DNA from: Bacteroidales bacterium
GTDB taxonomy: Bacteria; Bacteroidota; Bacteroidia; Bacteroidales; UBA7960
Assembly (NCBI GenBank): GCA_003557965.1
Contig: PWND01000266.1
Span: forward strand, 1 to 24,000
Direction of reading: 5' to 3'
DNA: 24,000 nt
Shown: piece by piece, positions 7,938 to 16,676 of the stretch
How positions within the stretch are numbered: the first letter of the stretch is position 1
How the letters are laid out: the number at the start of each line of letters is the position of its first letter
Notes under the pieces: model-generated
The model's input: the letters and a program-made list of their open reading frames with translations, nothing else
Told to the model about the DNA's origin: nothing
Database searches by the model: none
Translations under genes and position numbers: made by a program

Positions 7938-9560
7938 ATGGCAGGTGGAAAACAAACTCCCCGACAAAAACTGATAGGGTTGATGTACTTGATATTCATC
8001 TCATTAATGGCTCTTAATGTTGATGTATCAGTTATGGATTCGTTTGTGCTAATTGATGAAGGGATTAAAGAAACAAACGTCCACTATACAAAAAGAATCG
8101 ATGATATAATGAGGGATTTTGAATTCCAGGACAGCCTTGCTCCTGAAAGAGTAAGGTCTTATTATGATAATGCACAAAAAATTACCGAATTATCAGATAA
8201 CCTGATAGATACAATCCTGTTTTTCCGAACAGATATGATAGCCGGGCTTGATCGAATTGATAAAGAAGTTGCAGATACGATGAGCCTTCGTGATTTACGA
8301 GTAAGATCGCAATATAGCCGCTCATCACATTATTGGTTAATTGAAGGCAAGGATGCTATGGCTCCAGATGGAGGTGCGGGTTCGCGAGCATACTTGCTCT
8401 TAAATATGATGGAAGAGTATATTGAAGAAGTTACCAGGCTTGCTGTAGAACTTGTCCCGGAAGAACACCAGGAAGAGTTTCTGAAAAACTTTGACCTTGG
8501 AATAAATATTGCAGGCCCATTTTACAACATGAGCGGTGAAGAAGTAAGCTGGCAAAGAGCTATGTTTGACAGGGTTATTCCTATTGCTGTTGCAACTAAC
8601 CTAAGCCGCTTAGTCACGGAAGTTAGAAATGCCACACTGGAGGCTACATCGAAGTTATATGCACTAATAGATGCTGAAACATTCCGTTTTGACAGAATTG
8701 AGGCAAAAGTCGTTCCCAGAAGCCGAATTGTTATGCAAGGAGACTTCTTTGAGGCAGATGTTTTAGTTGCTGCTTACGATACTCGTCAGAACCCTGAAAT
8801 AGTTGTTGATGGAAGCCCTATTGAAGTTACTGAAGGTGTTGGCAGGCTTAGAATTCTCGCAGGAACTATTGGCAGCAGAACCATCAGGGGTGAAATACGT
8901 GTACCAGACCCTGCGACAGGTATTACCAGGAATTACCCATTCGAACAGGAATATACAGTGCAACAACAAGCTGTTACTGTTGCCGCTGATGCAATGAATG
9001 TGTTTTTTATTGGGCCTGAAAACCCAGTATCAATATCTGTTCCCGGTGTGCCCAGCGAAAATATCAGGGCTACAATTTCCAGGGGAAGGCTTGTACCCCG
9101 GGGTGGAGGACGATTTGATGCCATTATCCCCGAAGGAACCAGTGTTAGAGAAAATGTCAGAATTAATGTTACCGCTGTACTTGACGGAACACCAAGAAAT
9201 ATCGGACATAGTGAATTTAGAGTTCGTAACGTTCCTAATCCTGTTGCAACAATTGCCGGTGCCCGCGCCGGTGGAAGCGTTCCTGCAGTAAGGTTATCAA
9301 CAGGCCAACCTCGTTTGAGTGCAGCAATGGACGACTTTTATTTTGACCTAAGTTTTACAATAGAATCTTATGAAGTTATTTACAGAGACAGGCGTGGCGA
9401 TGTAAGAAGGTTTAATGTTAGTGGAAGTAACCTTAGCCAAGACGTTATGAGCGTAATGCAAGGAGCCAGAAGAGGCGAAGTTGTTGCTTTTGAGAACATA
9501 CGTGCACGTGGCCCGGATGGGATGAGAACTCTGGATGGAATGTACATTAATATAGAATAG
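7938..9560 (+). CDS. porM: T9SS/gliding motor protein GldM/PorM
   Basis: N-terminus MAGGKQTPRQKLIGLMYLIFISLMALNV is the canonical GldM opening, with Arg9 and a single TM helix. It is followed by a ~500-aa periplasmic region and lies between porL and porN. Confidence 0.92.
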   Translation: MAGGKQTPRQKLIGLMYLIFISLMALNVDVSVMDSFVLIDEGIKETNVHYTKRIDDIMRDFEFQDSLAPERVRSYYDNAQKITELSDNLIDTILFFRTDMIAGLDRIDKEVADTMSLRDLRVRSQYSRSSHYWLIEGKDAMAPDGGAGSRAYLLLNMMEEYIEEVTRLAVELVPEEHQEEFLKNFDLGINIAGPFYNMSGEEVSWQRAMFDRVIPIAVATNLSRLVTEVRNATLEATSKLYALIDAETFRFDRIEAKVVPRSRIVMQGDFFEADVLVAAYDTRQNPEIVVDGSPIEVTEGVGRLRILAGTIGSRTIRGEIRVPDPATGITRNYPFEQEYTVQQQAVTVAADAMNVFFIGPENPVSISVPGVPSENIRATISRGRLVPRGGGRFDAIIPEGTSVRENVRINVTAVLDGTPRNIGHSEFRVRNVPNPVATIAGARAGGSVPAVRLSTGQPRLSAAMDDFYFDLSFTIESYEVIYRDRRGDVRRFNVSGSNLSQDVMSVMQGARRGEVVAFENIRARGPDGMRTLDGMYINIE

Positions 9561-9591
9561 TTTCTAATTTTTAAAGTTGGAGGATATAAAA

Positions 9592-10416
9592 ATGAAAATT
9601 TTTAAAAATGTTATTTTATTATTATCCATAATAATTATTTCAACAGGCGCAAAAGCACAAATCCTTGATGCTGATGTCCCAAGAGATAATTTTTATGATA
9701 AAATCTGGATTACTGAAAAGAAACCTGTTGAGCTACCTTACGTTAGAGAAGTTGAGGTAATGTTTGCCAAAACAATTTGGCAGGTTATTGATATGCGCGA
9801 AAAAATTAATCAGCCTCTCTATTATCCTACTACTCCTATACAGGATAGAAGGAGCCTTGTACAGGTAATAGTAGATGGTATTCGCGAAGGTGCTATTCAA
9901 GCTTATGATGATGATGAGTTTACTCAGCCACTTACTATTGAGGCTGTTATGGACAGGCTTGAGGATGAAGACGAATACACAGACGAAGATGGGGTAACTC
10001 ATGTTACTACTATCCCTTTTCAAAGCGAAGATGTTACTCAATTCAGGATGAAAGAAGTGTGGTTTGTTGACAGTAAGCGCTCTGTGCTGGATGTTAGAAT
10101 TTTAGGACTTAGCCCTATAAGATATATCGAAATTGCCGGCGAACTATCTGCTGAAGAATTATTTTGGGTGTATTATCCGCATATAAGAAATGTGTTGGTT
10201 AATGCTGAAGTATTTAACAGGCATAATGATGCACAAAGAGTTTCATATGATGACATATTCCTGCGCAGAATGTTTAATGCTTTTATTTATAAAGAGACTA
10301 ACGTTCATGACCGAACAATCAGGGAGTATTATGCTAATGGGCTGGATCAACTATTAGAAGCAGATAGAATTAGAAGTGAAATAAGAAATTATGAAATAGA
10401 CCTTTGGGAATATTAA
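9592..10416 (+). CDS. porN: T9SS/gliding periplasmic ring protein GldN/PorN
   Basis: Start at ATG 9592 (MKIFKNVILLLSIIIISTGAKAQ signal peptide); the track start at 9577 is a TTG. Position after porM, size and sequence (…VWFVDSKRSVLDVRILGLSPI…) fit the GldN family. Confidence 0.85.
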   Translation: MKIFKNVILLLSIIIISTGAKAQILDADVPRDNFYDKIWITEKKPVELPYVREVEVMFAKTIWQVIDMREKINQPLYYPTTPIQDRRSLVQVIVDGIREGAIQAYDDDEFTQPLTIEAVMDRLEDEDEYTDEDGVTHVTTIPFQSEDVTQFRMKEVWFVDSKRSVLDVRILGLSPIRYIEIAGELSAEELFWVYYPHIRNVLVNAEVFNRHNDAQRVSYDDIFLRRMFNAFIYKETNVHDRTIREYYANGLDQLLEADRIRSEIRNYEIDLWEY

Positions 10417-10435
10417 AAAAACATATCCTCCAAAT

Positions 10436-10472
10436 AAAAAAGGCTGGCTCAAAAAAAGTGTCAGCCTTTTTT
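10436..10472. terminator. Bidirectional intrinsic terminator between convergent porN and the AlbA_2 gene
   Basis: Stem AGGCTGGC (10441-10448) pairs with GTCAGCCT (10460-10467) with one G-U pair and an 11-nt loop. It is flanked by A5 (10436-10440) and T5 (10468-10472), so it reads as hairpin plus U-tract on both strands. Confidence 0.8.
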
Positions 10473-11121
10473 AATTCTCAACAGATTTTTCGGGGTCCTT
10501 AAGCCTGAACCAGGCTTGCTTTTCATTTTGAGCCATCTCAATCAAACCTGCAACCATAAGGTTTACAATAACATTTTCGGCAAGATACTTTGGAATTCCG
10601 GCAATATTGCAGTATTGATCAATAGTTATAGATGGGTTTTCGTTTAAATATTTCAGAAGTGTTTCTTCTTTCTGCGAGTACTTAATTGTTGTTCCCTTAG
10701 AGCCTTTTTGTCTTTTCCAATATTTAAGCTGAATTGGACAAGCAAGAATATTCTGGTCATTAACTCTCACGTAAGCCAACCATTTGCTGTCATCATTGCG
10801 TGCATAAAAAGGGCGCGCTTGTGCTTTTGAAACATCAACTTCCAGCACCTTCTTCCCGTCAATGTTCCACACTCTAAAAGCAAAATCTATTTCCGGCTTA
10901 CAGTATATTGCTGCAGCCGATTCTATCATGTGAAACTCTTCATCCGTCCTGATTCCAGCAATAACACCATTGTCTTTAACGCCTATCAATAGCTTCCCCC
11001 CGTCAGTATTTGCAAATGCAACAAGAGTACGGGCAATTTTCCGGGCATCATTTACCTGAAACTTAAAATCCTGCTGTTGATGCTCGCCTTGTAAAATGAG
11101 ATTTTGAATATATTTCGACAT
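10471..11121 (-). CDS. Small AlbA_2 (Schlafen-like putative DNA/RNA-binding) domain protein with C-terminal winged-HTH
   Basis: Sequence GEHQQQDFKFQVNDARKIARTLVAFANTDGGKLLIGVKDNGVIAGI matches the AlbA_2 core (E..EFK … AFAN..GG.L.IGV.D.G.I.G). The C-terminal LLKYLNENPSITIDQYCNIAGIPKYLAENVIVNLMVAGLIE looks like wHTH. Start taken at MSKYIQNL (ATG 11121, 4 nt after the purF-like stop). The alternative ATG at 11154 would overlap purF by 29 nt. Confidence 0.7.
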   Translation of the reverse strand: MSKYIQNLILQGEHQQQDFKFQVNDARKIARTLVAFANTDGGKLLIGVKDNGVIAGIRTDEEFHMIESAAAIYCKPEIDFAFRVWNIDGKKVLEVDVSKAQARPFYARNDDSKWLAYVRVNDQNILACPIQLKYWKRQKGSKGTTIKYSQKEETLLKYLNENPSITIDQYCNIAGIPKYLAENVIVNLMVAGLIEMAQNEKQAWFRLKDPEKSVEN

Positions 11122-11125
11122 TAAA

Positions 11126-13027
11126 CTAGTAAGCTCTTTCGTTACGTCCTTCAATATAATTTATAAACGACTTATTTGCTACTTTGTTTCCTCCCGGTGT
11201 AGGGTAGTTTCCTGTAAAATACCAGTCACCTGTATTGTCCGGACAAGCAGAGTGCAAATCTTCAATGGTTTGATATACAATTTCCAATGATGCCTTTACC
11301 TCGTGTGTATGCAGCAATTCTGCAATCTTCTTTGATATTTCTGTTGCTTTGAATGGCCGGTAAATTTCTTTTACATGGTTAATTACTGTTTCTTTTGGCG
11401 CAAATTCCTGTTCCTTGCACTTTTTATACACTTCATTGATAATATGTGTCTGATGGGTGTCTTTAAGCAAAGTTATAGCAGCCCTGAAAGCAATAAAATC
11501 AGACAACTTAGTCATATCTATTCCATAGCAGTCAGGATACCTTACCTGTGGCGCAGAAGAAACAATAACAATTTTCTTCGGATTAAGCCTGTCAAGCATT
11601 TTAATAATACTCTGCCTAAGTGTTGTTCCTCTTACGATACTGTCATCTATAACTACAAGGTTATCAACCTCGTTTCTTACAAGCCCGTATGTTACGTCAT
11701 ATACATGTGTAACCAAATCATCCCTGGCACTATCATTAGTTATAAAGGTACGAAGCTTAACATCTTTAACGGCCACCTGGTCAACTCTTGGTCTTAATGC
11801 TAAAATTTCCTTTAATTTTTCCGTAGTAATTTCACTTCCAAGCTCAACAATTTTATCACGCTTTACCTCATCACAAAAATCATTTAGCCCCTCAACCATA
11901 CCCTTAAAAGCTGATATTGCAGTATTAGGGATATAAGAAAAAATTGAATTTTCAAAATCAAAATTAATTGCTTTAAGTGTGGCGGGCACAAGAAGCTTCC
12001 CCAGCCTTTTTCTTTCCAGGTAAATATCAGCATCTGTTCCCCTGGAAAAATATATCCGTTCAAAGCTGCAGGCTCGCTTTTCAATCTTAGGAGTACATTC
12101 CTCCATTTTGATTTCTCCGTCTTTTTTAATAATAAGCGCACTCCCCGGTTCAATCTCTTTAATCTTTTCAACAGAAATATTGAAAGCCGTTTGTATTGCA
12201 GGCCTTTCAGATGTTGCAACAACAATTTCATCGTCATAATAGTAGTAAGCCGGCCTTATACCTGCCGGATCTCGCATGATAAAAGAATCTCCATGCCCAA
12301 GCAATCCGGTAATAATATAGCCGCCATCCCAATATTTACAGGAATTAGAAAGAATATTCCGAATATCAATGTTTTTTGCAATAAGCGGAGAAATGTCTTT
12401 TTTTGAATATCCCTTTGACTTATATTTGCGATAAAGGTCTTCATTTTCATCATCAAGAAAATGTCCCATTTTTTCAAGAACAGTAGCGGTATCAGACGTT
12501 TCATTCGGATGCTGGCCAATATCAACTAGACTGTCAAAAAGCTCATCAACATTCGTGAGGTTAAAATTTCCGGCAATCATAAGGTTTTTTGACATCCAGT
12601 TGTTTTCTCTTAAAAACGGATGACAATATTCTACTCCGTTATTGCCAAAAGTTCCATATCTCAAATGACCAAGGTAAAGCTCACCAACAAGGTCGAGATT
12701 TTTTTTAAGCCATAGCGGGTCGTTAATTCTCTCAGGATTTTCAGAATATATCTGATCCAATCGATTATGAATTTTACTGAAAATTTCTCTCAAAGGATTA
12801 GGATTGTTGCTCCTTATACGATGCATATACCTGCTCCCGGGATTCAGATCAAACTTGATACAACCTATTCCGGCGCCATCCTGGCCTCTGTTGTGCTGCT
12901 TTTCCATAAGCAAATAGAGCTTATCAAGGCCATACATAGCAGTGCCATATTTAAAGAAGTAGTACTCAATAGGTTTCAACAACCTTAATAATACTATTCC
13001 ACATTCGTGTTTAATAGCTTCACTCAT
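11126..13027 (-). CDS. purF: Amidophosphoribosyltransferase, long (~630 aa) Bacteroidota form (class II Ntn glutamine amidotransferase + PRTase)
   Basis: Short propeptide followed by the Ntn Cys (MSEAIKHE-CGIV). Further motifs: HNRGQDGAGI, LRYGTFG, HPF, and the PRPP loop VVIDDSIVRGTTL. Confidence 0.85.
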   Translation of the reverse strand: MSEAIKHECGIVLLRLLKPIEYYFFKYGTAMYGLDKLYLLMEKQHNRGQDGAGIGCIKFDLNPGSRYMHRIRSNNPNPLREIFSKIHNRLDQIYSENPERINDPLWLKKNLDLVGELYLGHLRYGTFGNNGVEYCHPFLRENNWMSKNLMIAGNFNLTNVDELFDSLVDIGQHPNETSDTATVLEKMGHFLDDENEDLYRKYKSKGYSKKDISPLIAKNIDIRNILSNSCKYWDGGYIITGLLGHGDSFIMRDPAGIRPAYYYYDDEIVVATSERPAIQTAFNISVEKIKEIEPGSALIIKKDGEIKMEECTPKIEKRACSFERIYFSRGTDADIYLERKRLGKLLVPATLKAINFDFENSIFSYIPNTAISAFKGMVEGLNDFCDEVKRDKIVELGSEITTEKLKEILALRPRVDQVAVKDVKLRTFITNDSARDDLVTHVYDVTYGLVRNEVDNLVVIDDSIVRGTTLRQSIIKMLDRLNPKKIVIVSSAPQVRYPDCYGIDMTKLSDFIAFRAAITLLKDTHQTHIINEVYKKCKEQEFAPKETVINHVKEIYRPFKATEISKKIAELLHTHEVKASLEIVYQTIEDLHSACPDNTGDWYFTGNYPTPGGNKVANKSFINYIEGRNERAY

Positions 13028-13047
13028 AAATTATTGCTGTTAAATTG

Positions 13048-13055
13048 CAAAAGTA
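13048..13055 (-). promoter_or_regulatory. Perfect -7 box TActTTTG (minus strand) in the 29-nt gap upstream of the purF-like gene
   Basis: Plus strand reads CAAAAGTA. It lies 20 nt upstream of the ATG at 13027. A TTTG sits 15 nt further upstream, which is shorter than the canonical spacer. Confidence 0.3.
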
Positions 13056-13056
13056 A

Positions 13057-13884
13057 TCAAATATCAACGTCAAAAAACGGTGTGTTGATTTTTTTAAACC
13101 CTGTTTTTTTTAATACTTGTAATGCCTCATGATAATGCATATCAAGTTGCTCTGGCGAATGTGCATCAGTATTAATCATAACAGGAATATCCATTTTTAA
13201 GCATTTTTGTAAAATTTCTTCAGAAGGAAAATATTCTGATGATTTTCCTGTATAAACTCCCCTGGTATTAAGCTCAACAATTATGTTATGCTTCTTGATT
13301 TCTTTTAACACACTTTCTGTTAGGCTTTTATACCATTGCCCATTTGTTGAAAAAGCCCTTTCCTTATTATGCATTTTAACTTTATCAACATGCCCGATAA
13401 TATCAAATTTTTGAGTTTTTATCATTTCTATGGTTTGTTGATAAAATGATTCCACCGCTTTTTTTGCATTGCCATTAAAGTGCTTATTTATGCCATCAAA
13501 AAACGACTCTTCTTTGCCGTCAATAAACCACGTCTCTTCTCTCCCGTTTTTTTTTACCAGATGTACCGAGCCTATGATATAATCAAGGCTCCCATTCCCT
13601 GAAATATTTTTAAAATCATCAGAATAGCCGGGGATATAATCAAACTCTATCCCTGTAAAAATTTTTATTTTGTTCTTATATTTTTCTTTTAATTCAGCAG
13701 CTCTGTGAATATATTTTTCAAGGTTGTTGTTACTAATGCTCCATGGATTTTCAAATGGCAGAGGAGAATGAGGTGAAAATCCAATAGCATAAAACTCTTT
13801 TTCAATTGCTTTAATTACATACTTTTCAATATCGTCTTTACCATCACAATATTCAGAATGTGTATGAAAATTGTATTTTATCAT
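13057..13884 (-). CDS. PHP-domain phosphoesterase, histidinol-phosphatase HisJ family
   Basis: N-terminal YNFHTHSEYCDGK metal-binding motif. Later His/Asp motifs: GFSPHSP, GSVH, GHVD, NTDAHS. 275 aa. Confidence 0.8.
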   Translation of the reverse strand: MIKYNFHTHSEYCDGKDDIEKYVIKAIEKEFYAIGFSPHSPLPFENPWSISNNNLEKYIHRAAELKEKYKNKIKIFTGIEFDYIPGYSDDFKNISGNGSLDYIIGSVHLVKKNGREETWFIDGKEESFFDGINKHFNGNAKKAVESFYQQTIEMIKTQKFDIIGHVDKVKMHNKERAFSTNGQWYKSLTESVLKEIKKHNIIVELNTRGVYTGKSSEYFPSEEILQKCLKMDIPVMINTDAHSPEQLDMHYHEALQVLKKTGFKKINTPFFDVDI

Positions 13885-13896
13885 GTTTAAGAAGAA

Positions 13897-14529
13897 TTAT
13901 AACTTATTCTCTAAAAGCTTATCTTTTTGTTTTTCTTTTATCATTGAAGTAATAATATCTATAGAAACATGATTGTTGCCTCCTTGTGGAATAATCATGT
14001 CAGCATAGCGTTTTGTAGGTTCAATAAACTGTAAGTGCATTGGTTTTACATAAGTCTCGTAATGGCTAAGTACTTCAATAAAAGTACGTGCTCTTTCTTC
14101 AATATCTCTTTTAATAATTCTCATTAACCTGTCGTCTGAATCAGCATCAACAAAAATTTTGATATCCATCAGGTCTCGAATCTTAGCCTTATTTAAAATT
14201 AAAATACCTTCAACAATAATAACATTGCAAGGTTTTACAGCTATAGTTTCACTTGAGCGGGCACAAGTAACGTAAGAATAAACAGGCATTTGAATCTCTT
14301 TGCCTTCTTTCAGCATATTCAAGTGCTTATGCAACAAGTTGAACTCAATAGCACTTGGATGGTCAAAATTAATTTTCAGCTTTTCTTCATTGCTCAGGTG
14401 CCCAAGATCTTTATAATATGAGTCCTGGGAAATTACACATACACTATCCTTAAGAAGCTTCTTTACGACTTTCTTAACCACGGTAGATTTACCACAACCC
14501 GAACCACCGGCTATTCCAATTAATAACAT
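13897..14529 (-). CDS. udk: Uridine kinase
   Basis: Start chosen at MLLIGIAGGSGCGKST (P-loop); the track start at 14565 adds 12 atypical residues. Motifs: QDSYYKD, NFDHP, VIIVEGIL, KIFVDADSDDRLMRIIKRD, PMHLQFIEPTKRYADMIIP. Confidence 0.9.
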   Translation of the reverse strand: MLLIGIAGGSGCGKSTVVKKVVKKLLKDSVCVISQDSYYKDLGHLSNEEKLKINFDHPSAIEFNLLHKHLNMLKEGKEIQMPVYSYVTCARSSETIAVKPCNVIIVEGILILNKAKIRDLMDIKIFVDADSDDRLMRIIKRDIEERARTFIEVLSHYETYVKPMHLQFIEPTKRYADMIIPQGGNNHVSIDIITSMIKEKQKDKLLENKL

Positions 14530-14653
14530 AATAGTTTTTTTGGGGAATAAATATACGTTTTTCATCTGAATTATTAGTGATTTTTTAATGTATTATCAAA
14601 TCATTTTTAAGTATTGAAGAATTTTTTTAAAAAAGGCATTAATAAAAATTTCG

Positions 14654-14661
14654 TATATTTG
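14654..14661 (+). promoter_or_regulatory. Perfect -7 box TAtaTTTG upstream of the FISUMP lipoprotein gene
   Basis: TAnnTTTG match in the divergent udk/FISUMP intergenic region, 89 nt upstream of the ATG at 14750. Confidence 0.3.
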
Positions 14662-14749
14662 AATTTTAGCTATAATAATTTTTATTTTATTTGATATTTA
14701 TTTCTTTAAGTACAACAATATACCTTTTTTCAAACTAAAAACCAGAACT

Positions 14750-15589
14750 ATGAAATTATTAAGTTACTTATCGGTTATTACACTAATTATTTTTATAGCC
14801 TTCACGAGTTGTTCGAAAGACAATGATGAAATTGAAAATGATGAAATAAATGATGAAAATGGCAATGGCGACGAAGTTGAATACGGAGAGGTTTCTGATA
14901 TTGAGGGAAACGAATACAAAACTGTTGTTATTGGAAGTCAGGAATGGATGGCAGAAAATCTTCGGACCGGGAAATATAATGATGGCACAACAATTCCCCA
15001 TGTTACAGACAATGAGGAGTGGAACACAACCCAGTACGGAGCTTATTATATAGTTCCTTATGATTTGGCTGACGGTGTGGATTCAGAGCAGGAAATGGCA
15101 AAGTTATACGGAAAATTGTACAACTGGCATGCTGTACTCGACAACAAAGGCTTATGCCCGGATGGTTGGAAAGTCCCATCAGATGATGACTGGACAATAC
15201 TTGAGGAATACTTAATAACAAACCACGACTTGCATAACGACCCCCAAAGCAATGACCAGGATGGTGTTGGGAATTATTTAAAATCTTGCAGGCAAAAAGA
15301 CTCTCAACTTGGCGGGGATTGTGATACTGAAGAGCATCCTTATTGGGATGGTGGTGATTTCTTTTACGGTGTAGATTATTATGGCTTTTCTGCTTTACCT
15401 GCCGGAGAAAGATTAATAAGCGGAATGCCTCATGGCCTTACAAGCTTAGCTATGTTCTGGTCTTATACTCCCCAGGGAAGTGCTTCTGCTGTTAACCGTG
15501 TACTATCTATTACATCAGCAAGCCTTAATGCTGATTTTGCTCCGAGAAATAACGGGCACTCGGTAAGATGTATGAGATATATTGATTAA
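14750..15589 (+). CDS. FISUMP-domain (Fibrobacter succinogenes major paralogous domain) lipoprotein
   Basis: Lipoprotein signal MKLLSYLSVITLIIFIAFTSC, then an acidic linker (DNDEIENDEINDENGNGDEVEYGE). FISUMP signatures follow: GSQEWMAENL, YGKLYNWHAV, LCPDGWKVPSDDDW, FSALPAG.R, FWS, NGHSVRC. Confidence 0.8.
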   Translation: MKLLSYLSVITLIIFIAFTSCSKDNDEIENDEINDENGNGDEVEYGEVSDIEGNEYKTVVIGSQEWMAENLRTGKYNDGTTIPHVTDNEEWNTTQYGAYYIVPYDLADGVDSEQEMAKLYGKLYNWHAVLDNKGLCPDGWKVPSDDDWTILEEYLITNHDLHNDPQSNDQDGVGNYLKSCRQKDSQLGGDCDTEEHPYWDGGDFFYGVDYYGFSALPAGERLISGMPHGLTSLAMFWSYTPQGSASAVNRVLSITSASLNADFAPRNNGHSVRCMRYID

Positions 15590-15610
15590 TAATATTTCAA
15601 AACAAATCTC

Positions 15611-15645
15611 AAAAAGCAGTTTTGTTGCATGCAAAACTGCTTTTT
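15611..15645. terminator. Bidirectional intrinsic terminator between the convergent FISUMP gene and the polyprenyl synthase gene
   Basis: Sequence AAAAAGCAGTTTTGT-tgcat-GCAAAACTGCTTTTT. It has a 9 bp perfect stem plus a G-U pair (15616-15625 / 15631-15640), flanked by A5 and T5. Confidence 0.85.
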
Positions 15646-15661
15646 GTGTTTGTTGGTGTAT

Positions 15662-16633
15662 TTAATGTTGCCGTTCTATAGTAAAATGTATAAGCTTTTC
15701 TATTGACTTACGGGCATCACTTTCAGGGAATTCTGAAAGTGATGCCAATGCTTTATGCTTATATTCATCCATCATTTTTTCTGCATAGTCAACGCTCCCG
15801 CTTTCGATTATTTTATTAATAAGTTCTGATACTTTTTCCGAATCCCTATTATGCTTTTTTAATACTTTCAGAATTTTTCGCTTTTCAAGGTATGAGGAGC
15901 TTCTTAACAGGTGAATCAATGGTAAAGTGATTTTTTTTTCCTTTATATCAACACCTATAGGCTTACCTGTTTTCCCCTTAACATCCAAATCAAGCAAATC
16001 ATCTTTAATTTGAAATGCCATTCCTATGTTTTCACCAATTAAATGCAGCTTGCTAATTGTTTCTTTATCAGCGCCGGCCGAAGAAGCCCCGCAAGAGAAA
16101 CAGGAAGCTATCAACGATGCTGTTTTCTGGCGAATAATTTCAAAATAAACATCTTCCTTGATGTTAAGGCTTCTGGCTTTTTCTATCTGCAACAATTCTC
16201 CTTCACTCATAGTTTTGACCGAATCAGAAACAATCTTTAGTAGTTCAAAATCTTCATTTTCAACTGATAACAGCATGCCACGAGACAGAAGGTAGTCACC
16301 AACTAAAACAGATATTTTGTTTTTCCACAAAGCATTTAAAGAAAAAAAGCCTCTTCTTTCATCAGAATCATCCACAACATCATCATGTACAAGAGTAGCT
16401 GTATGTAACAACTCAATAAGAGCTGCAGCACGATATGTTTTTTGTGAAATTTCTCCGCATAATTCAGCAGTAAAAAAGACAAATAAAGGGCGCATTTGCT
16501 TACCCTTTCGCCTCACAATATATTTTGTAATAGTATTAAGCAGTGGGGCTCTGCTTTCCATTGTTTTACTGAAGAAAGCATTAAATTTTTCCAGATGCTC
16601 TTTAAGCGGAGCCTGTATTTCTTTTAATGTCAT
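15662..16633 (-). CDS. Polyprenyl diphosphate synthase (trans-IPPS, octaprenyl-type)
   Basis: Two Asp-rich motifs: LVHDDVVDDSDERRG (FARM) and QIKDDLLDL (SARM). 323 aa. Confidence 0.88.
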   Translation of the reverse strand: MTLKEIQAPLKEHLEKFNAFFSKTMESRAPLLNTITKYIVRRKGKQMRPLFVFFTAELCGEISQKTYRAAALIELLHTATLVHDDVVDDSDERRGFFSLNALWKNKISVLVGDYLLSRGMLLSVENEDFELLKIVSDSVKTMSEGELLQIEKARSLNIKEDVYFEIIRQKTASLIASCFSCGASSAGADKETISKLHLIGENIGMAFQIKDDLLDLDVKGKTGKPIGVDIKEKKITLPLIHLLRSSSYLEKRKILKVLKKHNRDSEKVSELINKIIESGSVDYAEKMMDEYKHKALASLSEFPESDARKSIEKLIHFTIERQH

Positions 16634-16676
16634 TGTTTACCACTAATTGTTGCAAAGTAGTATTTATGTAGGCTGT

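Noticed and set aside
11126-13027. Long PurF-like PRTase considered as a possible defence-type PRTase effector
   Set aside because: It retains the full housekeeping PurF signature (Ntn Cys after a propeptide, RGQDGAGI, the PRPP loop). It sits with udk in a core-looking context, with no sensor, nuclease or mobile-element neighbours.
15931-15939. Homopolymer runs (T9 here; A8/T8 runs near 707-714, 2827-2834, 19169-19176 and 23268-23275) as possible phase-variation switches
   Set aside because: They encode Lys/Phe runs in essential or housekeeping genes of an AT-rich genome. All reading frames are intact and nothing suggests contingency-locus behaviour.
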